64,000 bases of DNA from Puniceicoccales bacterium (GTDB taxonomy: Bacteria > Verrucomicrobiota > Verrucomicrobiia > Opitutales > JAIRKQ01): the NCBI GenBank assembly GCA_031260055.1, contig JAIRKQ010000003.1, positions 9,113 through 73,112 on the forward strand, given 5' to 3'. A program made the position numbers and the translations under genes. Below, piece by piece: positions 1-9,698 of the stretch; positions within the stretch are counted from its first letter, which is position 1; each line of letters begins with the position of its first letter. The notes below the pieces were generated by a model, which was not told the origin of the DNA, made no database searches, and worked only from the letters and a program-made list of their open reading frames with translations.

Positions 1-84
1 TTTCTAAAACAGCTAGTGTCGACGGGCGTCATTGCAGTGGTTTGCATCGTTGTCGCTTACATCTTCATGAGAAAATTTCTCTAG
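1..84 (+). CDS. 3' end of an upstream gene (hydrophobic C-terminus; partial)
   Basis: Frame 1 is open from base 1 to TAG at 82-84 and reads FLKQLVSTGVIAVVCIVVAYIFMRKFL*, a TM-like tail. It is not in the ORF track because it is truncated by the window edge. Its stop overlaps the convergent permease stop (CTAG). Confidence 0.25.
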   Translation, partial: FLKQLVSTGVIAVVCIVVAYIFMRKFL

Positions 85-1478
85 GCTTTATTTTTCCAGG
101 ATGGTTTTTGGAACATTTGTAATAGAACGTATGGCAGGAAGCCAAAAATTATGTTTATGGTCAGGATGGTGAAGAAATATGCAGATTTATTTTGAATATT
201 TATGTCACTGGGAGGGAAAAACCCTATTCCGTAGAACAATGCGCATACGATTAATCCGGTACCAGCGACTACGCATGTGCCAATTTTCCCAAACGGGATT
301 TTGTAGGAACACACCATGGTAGGATATCGAAATTTTAAGACCATCGCCGATAGAAACATTATGACATACATCAACAGTAGAAATTGGGTGGTGGCAACGG
401 TTAACATTGTGAACGCAGTATTTATTGACTCAGCAAATATGAACAGGATGGACAGAACTGATGAGATAATTGCCTGGGCTAACATTATGTTCGTCGGCAT
501 ATTGTGATGATTTAACCCGTGAAACCACTTCGGCAAATCTCCGTTGTACGTTGTTGCATGGAGCGCTCGGGGAGGGCCCGACACCCATGCGCAGAACCAT
601 GCAATCGATCCCATTACCATGGAACATGAAAGTAAGGGCATGACCCACGGCATTTTGACTTCCGCAAAAAATGCCGCCAATACCTGCATCGCTCCTCCAT
701 TCATTGTAATTTCATTGGCAGGAATCACAATGGCTATGGCCAATGAACCCAATAGGCAAACGGCCAAAATTAGAAAAGAAGATATGAATATGGCCCGTGG
801 ATACTTTTCCTGGGGACGGTCAACATCTTGAATATGATTGGCTGACATCTCGAGACCGGCAAACCCGAGCAAAACTCCGAGAAATAGTGAAACATTGGCC
901 GCACTGGATAAATTTGGGATAAGGGAGGAAGCTGAAAATTTTATCTGGGACTGCCTGCCGGACATCAACCAAAATATTCCAATTCCAACCATTAGGGCGA
1001 CGGGAATAAAAGTCCCAACAATGCCACCGACTGCACTGATACGTCCAGTCAGGGTGACCCCTCTCAGTGTTAAAAATGTTCCAACCCAAATGACAATGAG
1101 TATGATCGAAAGCGTAAATATCCTATTGTTTACCAGTTGAGGAAATACTCCATAGGCCATGGTGCTGGCGATAAATGATAGGGCCATGGGGAAACATATA
1201 AAGTTATTGGCATTTTGTAACCATACTGCTAAAAAGCCAACGCGGGGGCCAAAAGCTTGGGAAACCCAGCTGTAAATTCCACCATTTCCCAGATCACCCG
1301 ATGCTAATTCGGCGGATACTAATGCACTTGGAATTAGAAAACAAAAAACTGCGATGGAATAGAAAAATAGCATGGATAGCCCATAGGGGGCTATGGACGG
1401 CAAAGTCCTAACATTGGCAATGGCTGCAAAGTTTATCATTACCAAAGAAAATACTCCTATGCGTTGTTTAGCAGTCAT
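81..1478 (-). CDS. APC-superfamily amino-acid permease/antiporter (multi-TM)
   Basis: ORF 81..1562 is a very hydrophobic polytopic protein. Its N-terminal RIGVFSLVMINFAAIANVRTLPSIAPYG is typical of APC (GadC/YjeM-like) transporters. I place the start at ATG 1478 (MTAKQR), which follows a purine-rich GAGAAAGAG RBS. The 28 codons further upstream look non-coding. Confidence 0.75.
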   Translation of the reverse strand: MTAKQRIGVFSLVMINFAAIANVRTLPSIAPYGLSMLFFYSIAVFCFLIPSALVSAELASGDLGNGGIYSWVSQAFGPRVGFLAVWLQNANNFICFPMALSFIASTMAYGVFPQLVNNRIFTLSIILIVIWVGTFLTLRGVTLTGRISAVGGIVGTFIPVALMVGIGIFWLMSGRQSQIKFSASSLIPNLSSAANVSLFLGVLLGFAGLEMSANHIQDVDRPQEKYPRAIFISSFLILAVCLLGSLAIAIVIPANEITMNGGAMQVLAAFFAEVKMPWVMPLLSCSMVMGSIAWFCAWVSGPPRALHATTYNGDLPKWFHGLNHHNMPTNIMLAQAIISSVLSILFIFAESINTAFTMLTVATTQFLLLMYVIMFLSAMVLKFRYPTMVCSYKIPFGKIGTCVVAGTGLIVCALFYGIGFFPPSDINIQNKSAYFFTILTINIIFGFLPYVLLQMFQKPSWKNKA

Positions 1479-1617
1479 ACGCTCTTTCTCGGAAACGAGA
1501 ATAATAATTTGATGCCTTGCAAGTATTTTGTGGAGAACATGTGGGTAGACACATTGCATCAAAATAATGGGGCTATTCCGAAATCAATGTTGCCGGTTTC
1601 TGGGATCGCTTTTCTCT

Positions 1618-2973
1618 TCATCTCTCTGAAACTGGGCATATATCTATAACTTGGCCCGTATAATTTTGAAGTAATGTATGGAGAGATTTTTCTGCCACGA
1701 ATTGCGGTGATAGCAAAGTGGCGGGAGGTTCTTCTCCAAAATTTGACAGACGCATTGGTGTAGCTGTCCTTGCTGGGTTCATCATGTTTATTCGAATACC
1801 ATCCGAAATCCACTCTTCCGATAGTGCTTGGCCTAGATTAACGATGGCGGCCTTCGTTGAGGAATAAATTGCGTAGGAAGCTCGACCTCGGGTATGGGAA
1901 CTGGACGTAAAAAATAGCAGTGCCCCCTTGGATTGTTTGAGATAGTTATAGGATGCACGGGCAACATTTATGCACCCAAAGTAATTGGTCTCAACCTCAT
2001 CACGAATTTCTGGCATGGGTTTGTCATTCAAAATTCCAAGTTTTAAAATGCCCGTACTATTGATGACGAAATTTATGCATTTTTCCCTGGAGTTAACTTC
2101 CTGCAATGCTCGCTGGATGGATGCCATATCCCGCACATCAACCCCGTTTGCCCTAGAAAAGCCGTATGTTTTTGCTCCGTATTGCTGTGCCAAATCCATA
2201 ATGGCTTTGCCGATGCCACTACTACTACCAAAAACCACCAGTATCCTATTGGCTAATTGCTTTAAATCACCGTCAAGCAAAGATAAATGCTTTATTTGAA
2301 ATAATTTGTCGGCGATGAAGAGATCAATGGGGTGAGTAATTTTGATATTCCCTTCTTCCCCTCGAACGACATGGATTTTGGCAAGATCAAACATTTTCAC
2401 CAATCCGCAATCGTCGGTAAATTTCACAGAAGACGAAGCAGCTAAGAAATGGGCACGTTTTATTATGCCCAATTTGAATGCCTGTGGGGTTTGTCCTCTC
2501 ATAAGCAATTGGCGGGGAGGAATGTCTTCGACTACCATGGCATCATTAATCTCTATGATCGTGTCGGCCGTTGGAATGGCGACATCTACGGCATCATATT
2601 TGTCAAGGGCGGCAACACAGTCGTTGATTACTCGGTCAGAAATCAGGGGACGAACGGCATCGTGGATCAAAACTTTTGCTTCTCCTTCGGCAATGGAATT
2701 AACACCAATGAAGGAACTCATTTGCCGTGTTGCGCCACCAACCAAAATTTTTCCGATTTTTTTAAAACCATTTTGAGCCAAGATTTTTTTGCAAAAATCG
2801 ACGAACTGCCCATGCACAATTATAATTATTTCATCGATGGAGCCATTGCGTTCGAAAATCTCGACGGAATGTTCCAAAATTGTCATGCCGGAGATTTTTA
2901 AAAACTGCTTGGGCAAATCACTTCCAATGCGTTCACCGATGCCAGATGCTAGCAATATTGCATAGGTTTTCAT
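1618..2973 (-). CDS. Bifunctional IspD/TarI-type cytidylyltransferase + SDR reductase (Bcs1/Acs1-like CDP-ribitol synthase)
   Basis: The N-terminal half (MKTYAILLASGIGERIGSDLPKQFL) is the IspD/TarI nucleotidyltransferase signature. The C-terminal half (ILVVFGSSSGIGKAIMD ... YSSTKAA) carries the classical SDR TGxxxGxG-like and YxxxK motifs. The domain order matches Haemophilus influenzae Bcs1. Confidence 0.7.
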   Translation of the reverse strand: MKTYAILLASGIGERIGSDLPKQFLKISGMTILEHSVEIFERNGSIDEIIIIVHGQFVDFCKKILAQNGFKKIGKILVGGATRQMSSFIGVNSIAEGEAKVLIHDAVRPLISDRVINDCVAALDKYDAVDVAIPTADTIIEINDAMVVEDIPPRQLLMRGQTPQAFKLGIIKRAHFLAASSSVKFTDDCGLVKMFDLAKIHVVRGEEGNIKITHPIDLFIADKLFQIKHLSLLDGDLKQLANRILVVFGSSSGIGKAIMDLAQQYGAKTYGFSRANGVDVRDMASIQRALQEVNSREKCINFVINSTGILKLGILNDKPMPEIRDEVETNYFGCINVARASYNYLKQSKGALLFFTSSSHTRGRASYAIYSSTKAAIVNLGQALSEEWISDGIRINMMNPARTATPMRLSNFGEEPPATLLSPQFVAEKSLHTLLQNYTGQVIDICPVSER

Positions 2974-4337
2974 TGGATTTTTAATTCTTTCTGTAAATGA
3001 TCAAATACGCGTTTACTGGCAGTTTCATCGGATAGCAATTGCAGTTTTTCCATTTGTTCTAACCGTTGGGAAGCCATAAAATCATCTCCATCTATCATTA
3101 CCCGTGAAAATAACTTTTCAAGCTCGGCATTGCTATAAATTTGATAGTATGTGCCAATGATATCTTTGCCGAAATCGTTGAACTCCCTTGATTGGTCACT
3201 TCTCCTTAGATGAAATACGGGTTTGCCACTCGGGAAATAGTCTGCCAAAAAAGAAATACAGTCGGTTATCAGGCAATCCGATGTCTTAACCAAATCGAAA
3301 TAATCCCCTCCCCTGATGATCGTTCCATATTTCTCCCATGCAGCATAGTATTCATCGAGTTCCTGTTGTGTCATGATTCCATCTGCAACAACACTTTGAT
3401 CAAAACTAGGGTGAGGTCTAAGCACCCATGTGGTCTGTGGATACATATCAGCCAAATTTAGCATAAATTGTCCATTTTGTGGAAATGTTGCAACCCGATG
3501 TTGCGTTGTGAACGTAAAATGTGGTGCATAGATTATTATTTTTTTAGCCGGAGATGCATCTTTCCAGAAGTCCACATTGGGTACTTTTTTTGAGAAATAT
3601 TTGTCCAAATGCAAGCTACCGGAACTTATGCAATTGCCAGCTTTGAACCTACCTTTATAGGACTCTAAGTGCCATGGCGATTCGACGAAATATTTCCACA
3701 AAAACCGATGAAATAATTCCAAATAGTTGTATTCACTGCACATCATATGGAAACAATAGGGAGTATAGCATGTTAGAGCAAAATTTGCAACCGCAGTTAC
3801 GCTTTGGATGTATTCAAAGCTCCATGGCTGTTCGTAGAAAACGATGTCGGGGCTGAAAATTTTCAGGTCTAAATATTTGTGTTCTATAGCATCATAGGCA
3901 CATTCCACATGTACGTCGGCGCTTTTAAAAAATGAGACTGTTGCATTAAATTCTTCGGCGGTGTCATAGCATGTTACTCTTTTTGTTACCAATATCAATG
4001 GTTCAAAATGGTTACTATTTTCAAGCAAATCGTAGAGGGTGTCGCAATGCCATTTCGATATTTCATTGACTAAAAATGCAACGTGTATTTTCCGATGTTT
4101 TGCAGCTTTTTGCAAGTTTTGGAGATGTTGTGCATAGGAACTGTCTATTCTTTTTTTAGCTTTGGTAAACCTGAAACGCTTTATCCACGGAATGTGATTT
4201 ATCTTCTCAAACATCCTAGCTTCCTCTGCATTTTTTCTCCTTTGGAAGAAAAAATGACATAATTTTTGTAGACAACTACCACACTCGCCTGTTTTTTTTA
4301 CGTTTTTGAAAATATCATCTACCGTCCGCATTTCCAC
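2970..4337 (-). CDS. CDP-glycerol/ribitol polyol-phosphate transferase (TagF/TarL, Glyphos_transf family)
   Basis: The C-terminal half has IIIYAPHFTF, VLRPHPSF and DCLITDCISFLADYFPSGKPVFHL. These resemble the YAPTxR, HP and ITDYSS..FD...KP blocks of TagF-family enzymes. The stop overlaps the start of the cytidylyltransferase/SDR gene by 4 nt. Confidence 0.55.
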   Translation of the reverse strand: MEMRTVDDIFKNVKKTGECGSCLQKLCHFFFQRRKNAEEARMFEKINHIPWIKRFRFTKAKKRIDSSYAQHLQNLQKAAKHRKIHVAFLVNEISKWHCDTLYDLLENSNHFEPLILVTKRVTCYDTAEEFNATVSFFKSADVHVECAYDAIEHKYLDLKIFSPDIVFYEQPWSFEYIQSVTAVANFALTCYTPYCFHMMCSEYNYLELFHRFLWKYFVESPWHLESYKGRFKAGNCISSGSLHLDKYFSKKVPNVDFWKDASPAKKIIIYAPHFTFTTQHRVATFPQNGQFMLNLADMYPQTTWVLRPHPSFDQSVVADGIMTQQELDEYYAAWEKYGTIIRGGDYFDLVKTSDCLITDCISFLADYFPSGKPVFHLRRSDQSREFNDFGKDIIGTYYQIYSNAELEKLFSRVMIDGDDFMASQRLEQMEKLQLLSDETASKRVFDHLQKELKIQ

Positions 4338-4373
4338 ACAAAGTAAAATGAAAAAACGACACTTCTCAAATAA

Positions 4374-6827
4374 TTATTTTGTCCAGTATATTCTGCAGGA
4401 AAGAGGGGGTAACATCAGCCTATTGTCCACAATTTTGTCGAAAATTATTCGGTCGTCATGGAAAAATTGTTCCTCATCGGCCAACGTTGTATATTGTTGT
4501 AAATTCACTTCTTTAAAATCTATGGTACTTTCACTGAAGTGTGGGTTTATGGCGAAAATTAATTGACCATTTCCAAACGTATTGTCCACATTATACACAA
4601 GCGCACATGCGGAATTTGCAGTCGATGGCAAAAAACGAAAATATGTTTTATTGGGAACCTGGGAAAGGCGCAAAATTATACCGTGCTTGGACAGTCTGAG
4701 CTTGACTAAATTTTTAAAATAATTGTGTGTGTTCCGATGGACATCCAATAGTCTATAATCGAGGGCATTCAAATCTCCCCGATTATAGGTATTGCTCACA
4801 CCATATTTGGAAAACAAAAAATCTTGTCCCGCCGTTACCATGGGAATGCCGATTGACATCATAAGTGTGGCAAGAACCAATCGTGTGCGCCGCAGATCAT
4901 TGTCTGTCGGCGCACTACCGTTATGATGCGGATTCTCTGTTATGTTATCCACCCAGCCCCGGTCATCATGTGAAGCCACATAGTTTACACTCTGACTGGG
5001 AAATGTTGATCGAAAATCTAGGCCGCCACATAGAAAATATCTTAAACCATTCGAATTTCCGTTACCGCACACATAATTTTTTACGAATTCCCTATACTCA
5101 TCATTCCAAACAGAATATGGAAGATGTCGCATAGAAACTCCGATATTGCTGCGAAAGCTCCATGGTTCTGCTATTAGAATAACTGATTTTTTTACACGTT
5201 TCAACTTTTTTTGTAAAATATTTAAAAAATCCACACCCAATAGTTCAGCCAAATCAAACCTAAATCCGTCGACGTTATAAGTTCTAATTAGGTGCTCTAG
5301 GCTATCTACTATCAGTCTACGCGCCATTGGATTTTCCGTTTGAAAATCGTTTCCGCAACCACTAAAATTTGAAAATTCCCCATTCTTGTTGTGCCTAAAA
5401 TAATAAGCCTTATCGATGTTTTGCAGATGGTTCGAATCCCCAAAGTGGTTATATACTACATCCAAAATAACGGCGATACCAGCTTTATGGAAACTGCGTA
5501 CCATTTCTTTTAAATCCTGAACTTGTGTAGCATTGCTGGCATCGTCGGCATAGGCACTCGATGGGCAAAACCAATTGGCGGGCATGTATCCCCAATGGTA
5601 TTCTTCCTTCGAGGAATAATCAAATTCCTGTATGGGTTGCAATTCTACGCAATTTATCCCCAATTCACGCAAATAGCACTTCTGATCCGCTAAATACTTT
5701 GTCAGCCCGGAGAAATTTAACCTTTCTTCGGCGGATAAATCCATGGGAGCATTGGCCAATAAATCTCGCAAATGGGCTTCTAAAATTACCAAATCCTTCG
5801 GATCAGGAGTTATAAAAACATCCTCCGACGTTTCGATAAATCCATGGGTTATAACAATTCCAGGTCCCTTGCTCGATAAGGCCGCTTTGGCATAGGGATC
5901 GAGAATCATGGGAGATTTTTCCCAGTTGTTGTTTTCTTTTGATAAAATCTGATAGTAATAGTAATAACCCTCTAAGCGTTTGTGAATTTCGCCATGCCAA
6001 ATGCCAGTATTTGATTGTTGCAAATAATAATATTCTGGCTGAGTGGCTTTTTTACTGAAAATTGCAACCCTAACACTGGCAGCCCGTGGAGCAAAAATTC
6101 TAAAACTTGTAGTATTTTTGCTTACAATTGCTCCAAGCGGGACATCATTATCCAGCGACGATATCCAAGAGGAAAAATCCACGTCTAGTACGCAATCGTT
6201 GGACAATTGAACGATAAGGGAATCTCCCGGCGCCACATTTGAGGTTAGGTGACATTGTAGAACATTATTGCCTGTTACACGAGGATCAAAGGTAAAATTT
6301 AGGGAACCTATTTCAGATATTTGTGTATTAGGCGTATTGCCGTCAGGACCATACCAATCTCTCTCGGAAGAAATAAATTGAAAAGGAAATGGACTGTTCA
6401 ACAAAAACCTATTGATTTTTATCCCAAGCAACCTTTTCCCGTATACGTCTGTTTTATGAAGCTGCCATCGGCTTACTTTGTTTGCATTTCCCCAGTTCGA
6501 CATTTCACAGGCTAGAAAAATTTTTTGGTGTTCTGGTAAATAGCTAGTACATTTTTCGGGGAAAACAAAGACGATATCGTCTCCCTGCGAAAAATAACAA
6601 TATCTATGGGCAAAGTTTGCACCATCGAATGTCATTTCCCGAAAACCTACGATGTTTTGTTCATTTTGTAAAATTTTTTCTATGCGCGGAACAACACCAA
6701 TGGCCTTGTTCAAATCGACCCCATATTCAATTTGTAAGGTGCAGTTATCTATCAAATAAGCTTGTGGTTTCAGCATCGATAATGAACGAATGGTTAATTC
6801 AAGCAATGGGGTATACCATGATGACAT
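4374..6827 (-). CDS. GH13 type I pullulanase / glycogen-debranching alpha-1,6-glucosidase
   Basis: All four GH13 regions are present: VILDVVYNHF, GFRFDLAELL, ILIAEPW and VNYVASHDD. The pullulanase-type HWGYMP (YNWGYDP-like) motif is also present. No obvious N-terminal signal peptide. Confidence 0.8.
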   Translation of the reverse strand: MSSWYTPLLELTIRSLSMLKPQAYLIDNCTLQIEYGVDLNKAIGVVPRIEKILQNEQNIVGFREMTFDGANFAHRYCYFSQGDDIVFVFPEKCTSYLPEHQKIFLACEMSNWGNANKVSRWQLHKTDVYGKRLLGIKINRFLLNSPFPFQFISSERDWYGPDGNTPNTQISEIGSLNFTFDPRVTGNNVLQCHLTSNVAPGDSLIVQLSNDCVLDVDFSSWISSLDNDVPLGAIVSKNTTSFRIFAPRAASVRVAIFSKKATQPEYYYLQQSNTGIWHGEIHKRLEGYYYYYQILSKENNNWEKSPMILDPYAKAALSSKGPGIVITHGFIETSEDVFITPDPKDLVILEAHLRDLLANAPMDLSAEERLNFSGLTKYLADQKCYLRELGINCVELQPIQEFDYSSKEEYHWGYMPANWFCPSSAYADDASNATQVQDLKEMVRSFHKAGIAVILDVVYNHFGDSNHLQNIDKAYYFRHNKNGEFSNFSGCGNDFQTENPMARRLIVDSLEHLIRTYNVDGFRFDLAELLGVDFLNILQKKLKRVKKSVILIAEPWSFRSNIGVSMRHLPYSVWNDEYREFVKNYVCGNGNSNGLRYFLCGGLDFRSTFPSQSVNYVASHDDRGWVDNITENPHHNGSAPTDNDLRRTRLVLATLMMSIGIPMVTAGQDFLFSKYGVSNTYNRGDLNALDYRLLDVHRNTHNYFKNLVKLRLSKHGIILRLSQVPNKTYFRFLPSTANSACALVYNVDNTFGNGQLIFAINPHFSESTIDFKEVNLQQYTTLADEEQFFHDDRIIFDKIVDNRLMLPPLSCRIYWTK

Positions 6828-6843
6828 TCCCAGATATTAAACT

Positions 6844-8154
6844 TTATGTAGCAGCATTTGTGGCTCCCATTATGGATTGTACCATTCCCAAGGCAAGTAA
6901 TCCTACAAGGGCAAAGGCAAACATCATAGCTCCAGCTGAAACAGACATCGTCAATTTTTTCAGAGTAGATTGCAACTTTTCATCATATATTTTATGAATA
7001 TCCTTGAATGATGAGGAGAGATCTCCTATCTTTTCTCCAATTGCCAAGAGGTCGCATTGTTCACCATCTATGACATTGTATCTTTCGAGTGAGGTACAAA
7101 CGCTACAACCATCCAATATATCTGTTTTGGCGTGTATAAATCGTTCCAAAAGAACCTCATTACTAATAGAATTTTGTGCCAATTTCAATGCTTCAGACGT
7201 ATTGATTCCACTTGATAAAAGTGTTGCCATTAGTTTTGACAGGTTTGTTCGCATGAACAATGGTATGGTTATGGAAAAGGGTACAATTTTTAACATTAAC
7301 TGATCAGTTTTATATCGTCCCACCTTGGTTTGTCTTATTTTTGGTATGGTTACAAGAACGGCAATTATACATCCTATTCCCGGCAACAGCAAATACACAA
7401 ACCATTGGGCTATAAGTTTTAAAAGCTGCGCCATGGGAGGGAGATCTCCGCCAAGTTCTTTTATGAAATTTTCCATTTTGGGCATCAAAACGAATACAAA
7501 TAGTAACATCACAACAATGGTAAAAGCTACCATAAATGAAGGGTATATAAGAGATGAAATCATCTTTTTTTTGAGTTCATTTTTGGACTTTAACAAATCA
7601 ACCACATCTCCTAGTACGGTTGCCAGATTTCCGCTCGATTCTCCCACCAAAATGATACTGTATATACTGCTATCTATTTTCATATTTAGACTTTTTATGG
7701 CCTCTGAAAATGACTGTCCCCCTGAAATATCCTGTAACAGTTTATCGGTTAAAAATTTTTCTGCCAGACTTCCAGTCCTCTTGTTAATGATGGATATTGC
7801 GTCGGACAATGTTATACTTGCGGTAAGCATTTTGTGTAATTTTTCGAAAAAAAACAATAGGACCTTATCGGTCACAACCGCCGAGTGTTGCTTCTTTTGG
7901 AATAGCTGTCGGATGGTGCTTCGACTAGCCATTTCTGCTGTGATGGAGATTAATTGTAAATTCTGCTGTTTTATCAATTTGACGGCTTCTTGCTGATTTG
8001 CTGCTGCTATGATAGAATTTACGATTTCCCCCGTATTTCTAAAAGCTTTAAAAATAAAATTCACGCATTCAATAATGCCTAAAAATACTAGGATTGCAAT
8101 AAATATGTGTAAAAATTTTAACTCTTGCATATTTTTAGAGCAAAAGATCCCCAT
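6844..8154 (-). CDS. Type II secretion / type IV pilus platform protein (GspF/PilC family)
   Basis: Two T2SS-F repeats, each followed by TM segments (LTDKLLQDISGGQSFSEAIK ... ILVGESSGNLATVL, and SGINTSEALK ... LAIGEKIGDLSSSF). The true start may be the in-frame GTG near 8064 (VNFIFKAFRNTGE). Confidence 0.8.
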   Translation of the reverse strand: MGIFCSKNMQELKFLHIFIAILVFLGIIECVNFIFKAFRNTGEIVNSIIAAANQQEAVKLIKQQNLQLISITAEMASRSTIRQLFQKKQHSAVVTDKVLLFFFEKLHKMLTASITLSDAISIINKRTGSLAEKFLTDKLLQDISGGQSFSEAIKSLNMKIDSSIYSIILVGESSGNLATVLGDVVDLLKSKNELKKKMISSLIYPSFMVAFTIVVMLLFVFVLMPKMENFIKELGGDLPPMAQLLKLIAQWFVYLLLPGIGCIIAVLVTIPKIRQTKVGRYKTDQLMLKIVPFSITIPLFMRTNLSKLMATLLSSGINTSEALKLAQNSISNEVLLERFIHAKTDILDGCSVCTSLERYNVIDGEQCDLLAIGEKIGDLSSSFKDIHKIYDEKLQSTLKKLTMSVSAGAMMFAFALVGLLALGMVQSIMGATNAAT

Positions 8155-8199
8155 ATTTTAACTCACTTTTTCCAACTTCCAAGCTTGTAAAATACATTT

Positions 8200-9474
8200 C
8201 TATGATGGTCTATTTTGCACGGAACCAATCGAAGTTATCGCTTTGCCGGTAAAGATGTTTAGACAATCTTTCAATGCTGTTATTGCTTTATCTATTTCCT
8301 GTTTTGTGTTGTGCAGGCATAGCGAAATTCTGGCGGTACCGGAGACTCCTAAAATCTGCATTAGCGGTTGGGCACAGTGGGTTCCTGCGCGTATGGCTAT
8401 TCCTCGACTTCCCAAATGGGTGGCGACATCGTGGGCATGTATATCATCTAAATTAAAAGAGAAAACCCCCGATTGATTTTTAGAAGTTCCGTAGACTTTT
8501 ATACCAGGAATACTTCGTATTTTCCCACTGGCATATTGTACCAATTCGGAAAAATATGCTCTGGCAGATTTCCAATCTATTTCTTTTAAAAAATCTATGG
8601 CAGCTCCCAAGCCCAGTACGGCAGCAATGTCCGGTGTTCCCGCTTCAAATTTTGTCGGTGGTAGCTTAAAACTGCTTTTTTCAAAACATACTTTGTTTAC
8701 GATATTTCCCCCTACGTGATAGGGAACCATGTCTTGTAATAGGTCATACTTGCCAAATAAAAATCCGCTGCCCGTTGGCCCAAACCCTTTGTGACCCGAA
8801 CATGCAAAAAAGTCACAATCAGTCTCTCCCAAATTAATCTTTTCTGAAGCCAGGGAACAGGCCCCGTCAACTAGTATCTTTGCCCCATGGGCATGGGCAA
8901 TGGCACTTAGCGTCCTAATATCATTAACGGTACCAAGTACATTGCTGATATGTTGGATGGCGACAAACTTTGTTCGTTTGGAAAATAAATGCTCATACTG
9001 GTCAATGTCGATGACGTAATCTGCGTTTAGCGGAATAATCCTACGCCTAACCCCAATTTCTTGTTCTAAAACCTGCCATGGCAGATAGTTTGCGTGATGT
9101 TCTGCTGCCCCAATGAGAATTTCATCACCGGCCGTCAAAAATTTTCTTCCATAGCTGTAAGCAACCAAATTTATTGCCTCCGTAGCTCCTCGAACGAATA
9201 TTATTTCATTGGGATTATTTACACCAAGATATTCGGCAACGTTATGGCGTGCCTGTTCATATTCATCGGTTGCCCTCTCGCTAAATTCATACATTCCCCG
9301 ATGGACGTTAGAATTGTAAGTCGAATAAAAATCGACGATTTTATCGATGACAGATTGGGGTTTCTGAGTCGTTGCTGAATTATCCAAATAAACTAATGGG
9401 TTCCCATTTCTAAGGGGTTTGCTAAGAATTGGAAACTGTTTTCGAAATTTTTCAATGGAGAATTCATGACCCAT
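8200..9474 (-). CDS. sufS: Cysteine desulfurase, SufS/CsdA type (class V aminotransferase)
   Basis: FPILSKPLRNGNPLVYLDNSATTQKPQSVID, SNVHRG and the FFACSGHKGFGPTG PLP-lysine block, with a C-terminal RAGTHCAQP active-site Cys loop. The ORF track begins at TTG 9516. I prefer ATG 9474 (MGHEFSIEKFRKQFP) by alignment to typical SufS N-termini. Confidence 0.85.
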   Translation of the reverse strand: MGHEFSIEKFRKQFPILSKPLRNGNPLVYLDNSATTQKPQSVIDKIVDFYSTYNSNVHRGMYEFSERATDEYEQARHNVAEYLGVNNPNEIIFVRGATEAINLVAYSYGRKFLTAGDEILIGAAEHHANYLPWQVLEQEIGVRRRIIPLNADYVIDIDQYEHLFSKRTKFVAIQHISNVLGTVNDIRTLSAIAHAHGAKILVDGACSLASEKINLGETDCDFFACSGHKGFGPTGSGFLFGKYDLLQDMVPYHVGGNIVNKVCFEKSSFKLPPTKFEAGTPDIAAVLGLGAAIDFLKEIDWKSARAYFSELVQYASGKIRSIPGIKVYGTSKNQSGVFSFNLDDIHAHDVATHLGSRGIAIRAGTHCAQPLMQILGVSGTARISLCLHNTKQEIDKAITALKDCLNIFTGKAITSIGSVQNRPS

Positions 9475-9698
9475 GCTTCGCAAAAATATAAGTAAGGGTA
9501 TATTTTTTTGAAGCAAATTATCTGCAAATTTTTTGATCTTTTAAATGAATATGCAGAGTTATTTGTAGACTAATAATGTTGGTAAAAGAACTAAATCCAT
9601 AAAATTTTTATTGTAAAAAGATTGTGATTGTTTACCATCATTAACAATGGATAGATTAGGTACAGCCCCAAGGCCGGAGGCAGCAAAAAAAACAACAG

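Noticed and set aside
1985-2901. Plus-strand ORFs (104, 144 and 150 aa) opposite the cytidylyltransferase/SDR gene. Similar shadow ORFs lie opposite the GH13, gspF, sufS, ABC-F and cca genes.
   Set aside because: They are antisense to genes with clear family motifs and show no independent support.
4374-8154. A pullulanase next to a T2SS gene as a Klebsiella Pul-secreton-like secretion locus.
   Set aside because: The GH13 protein has no visible signal peptide or lipobox. Only one gsp-family gene (F) is present, and no secretin, ATPase or pseudopilins are adjacent. The enzyme is more likely a cytoplasmic debranching enzyme.
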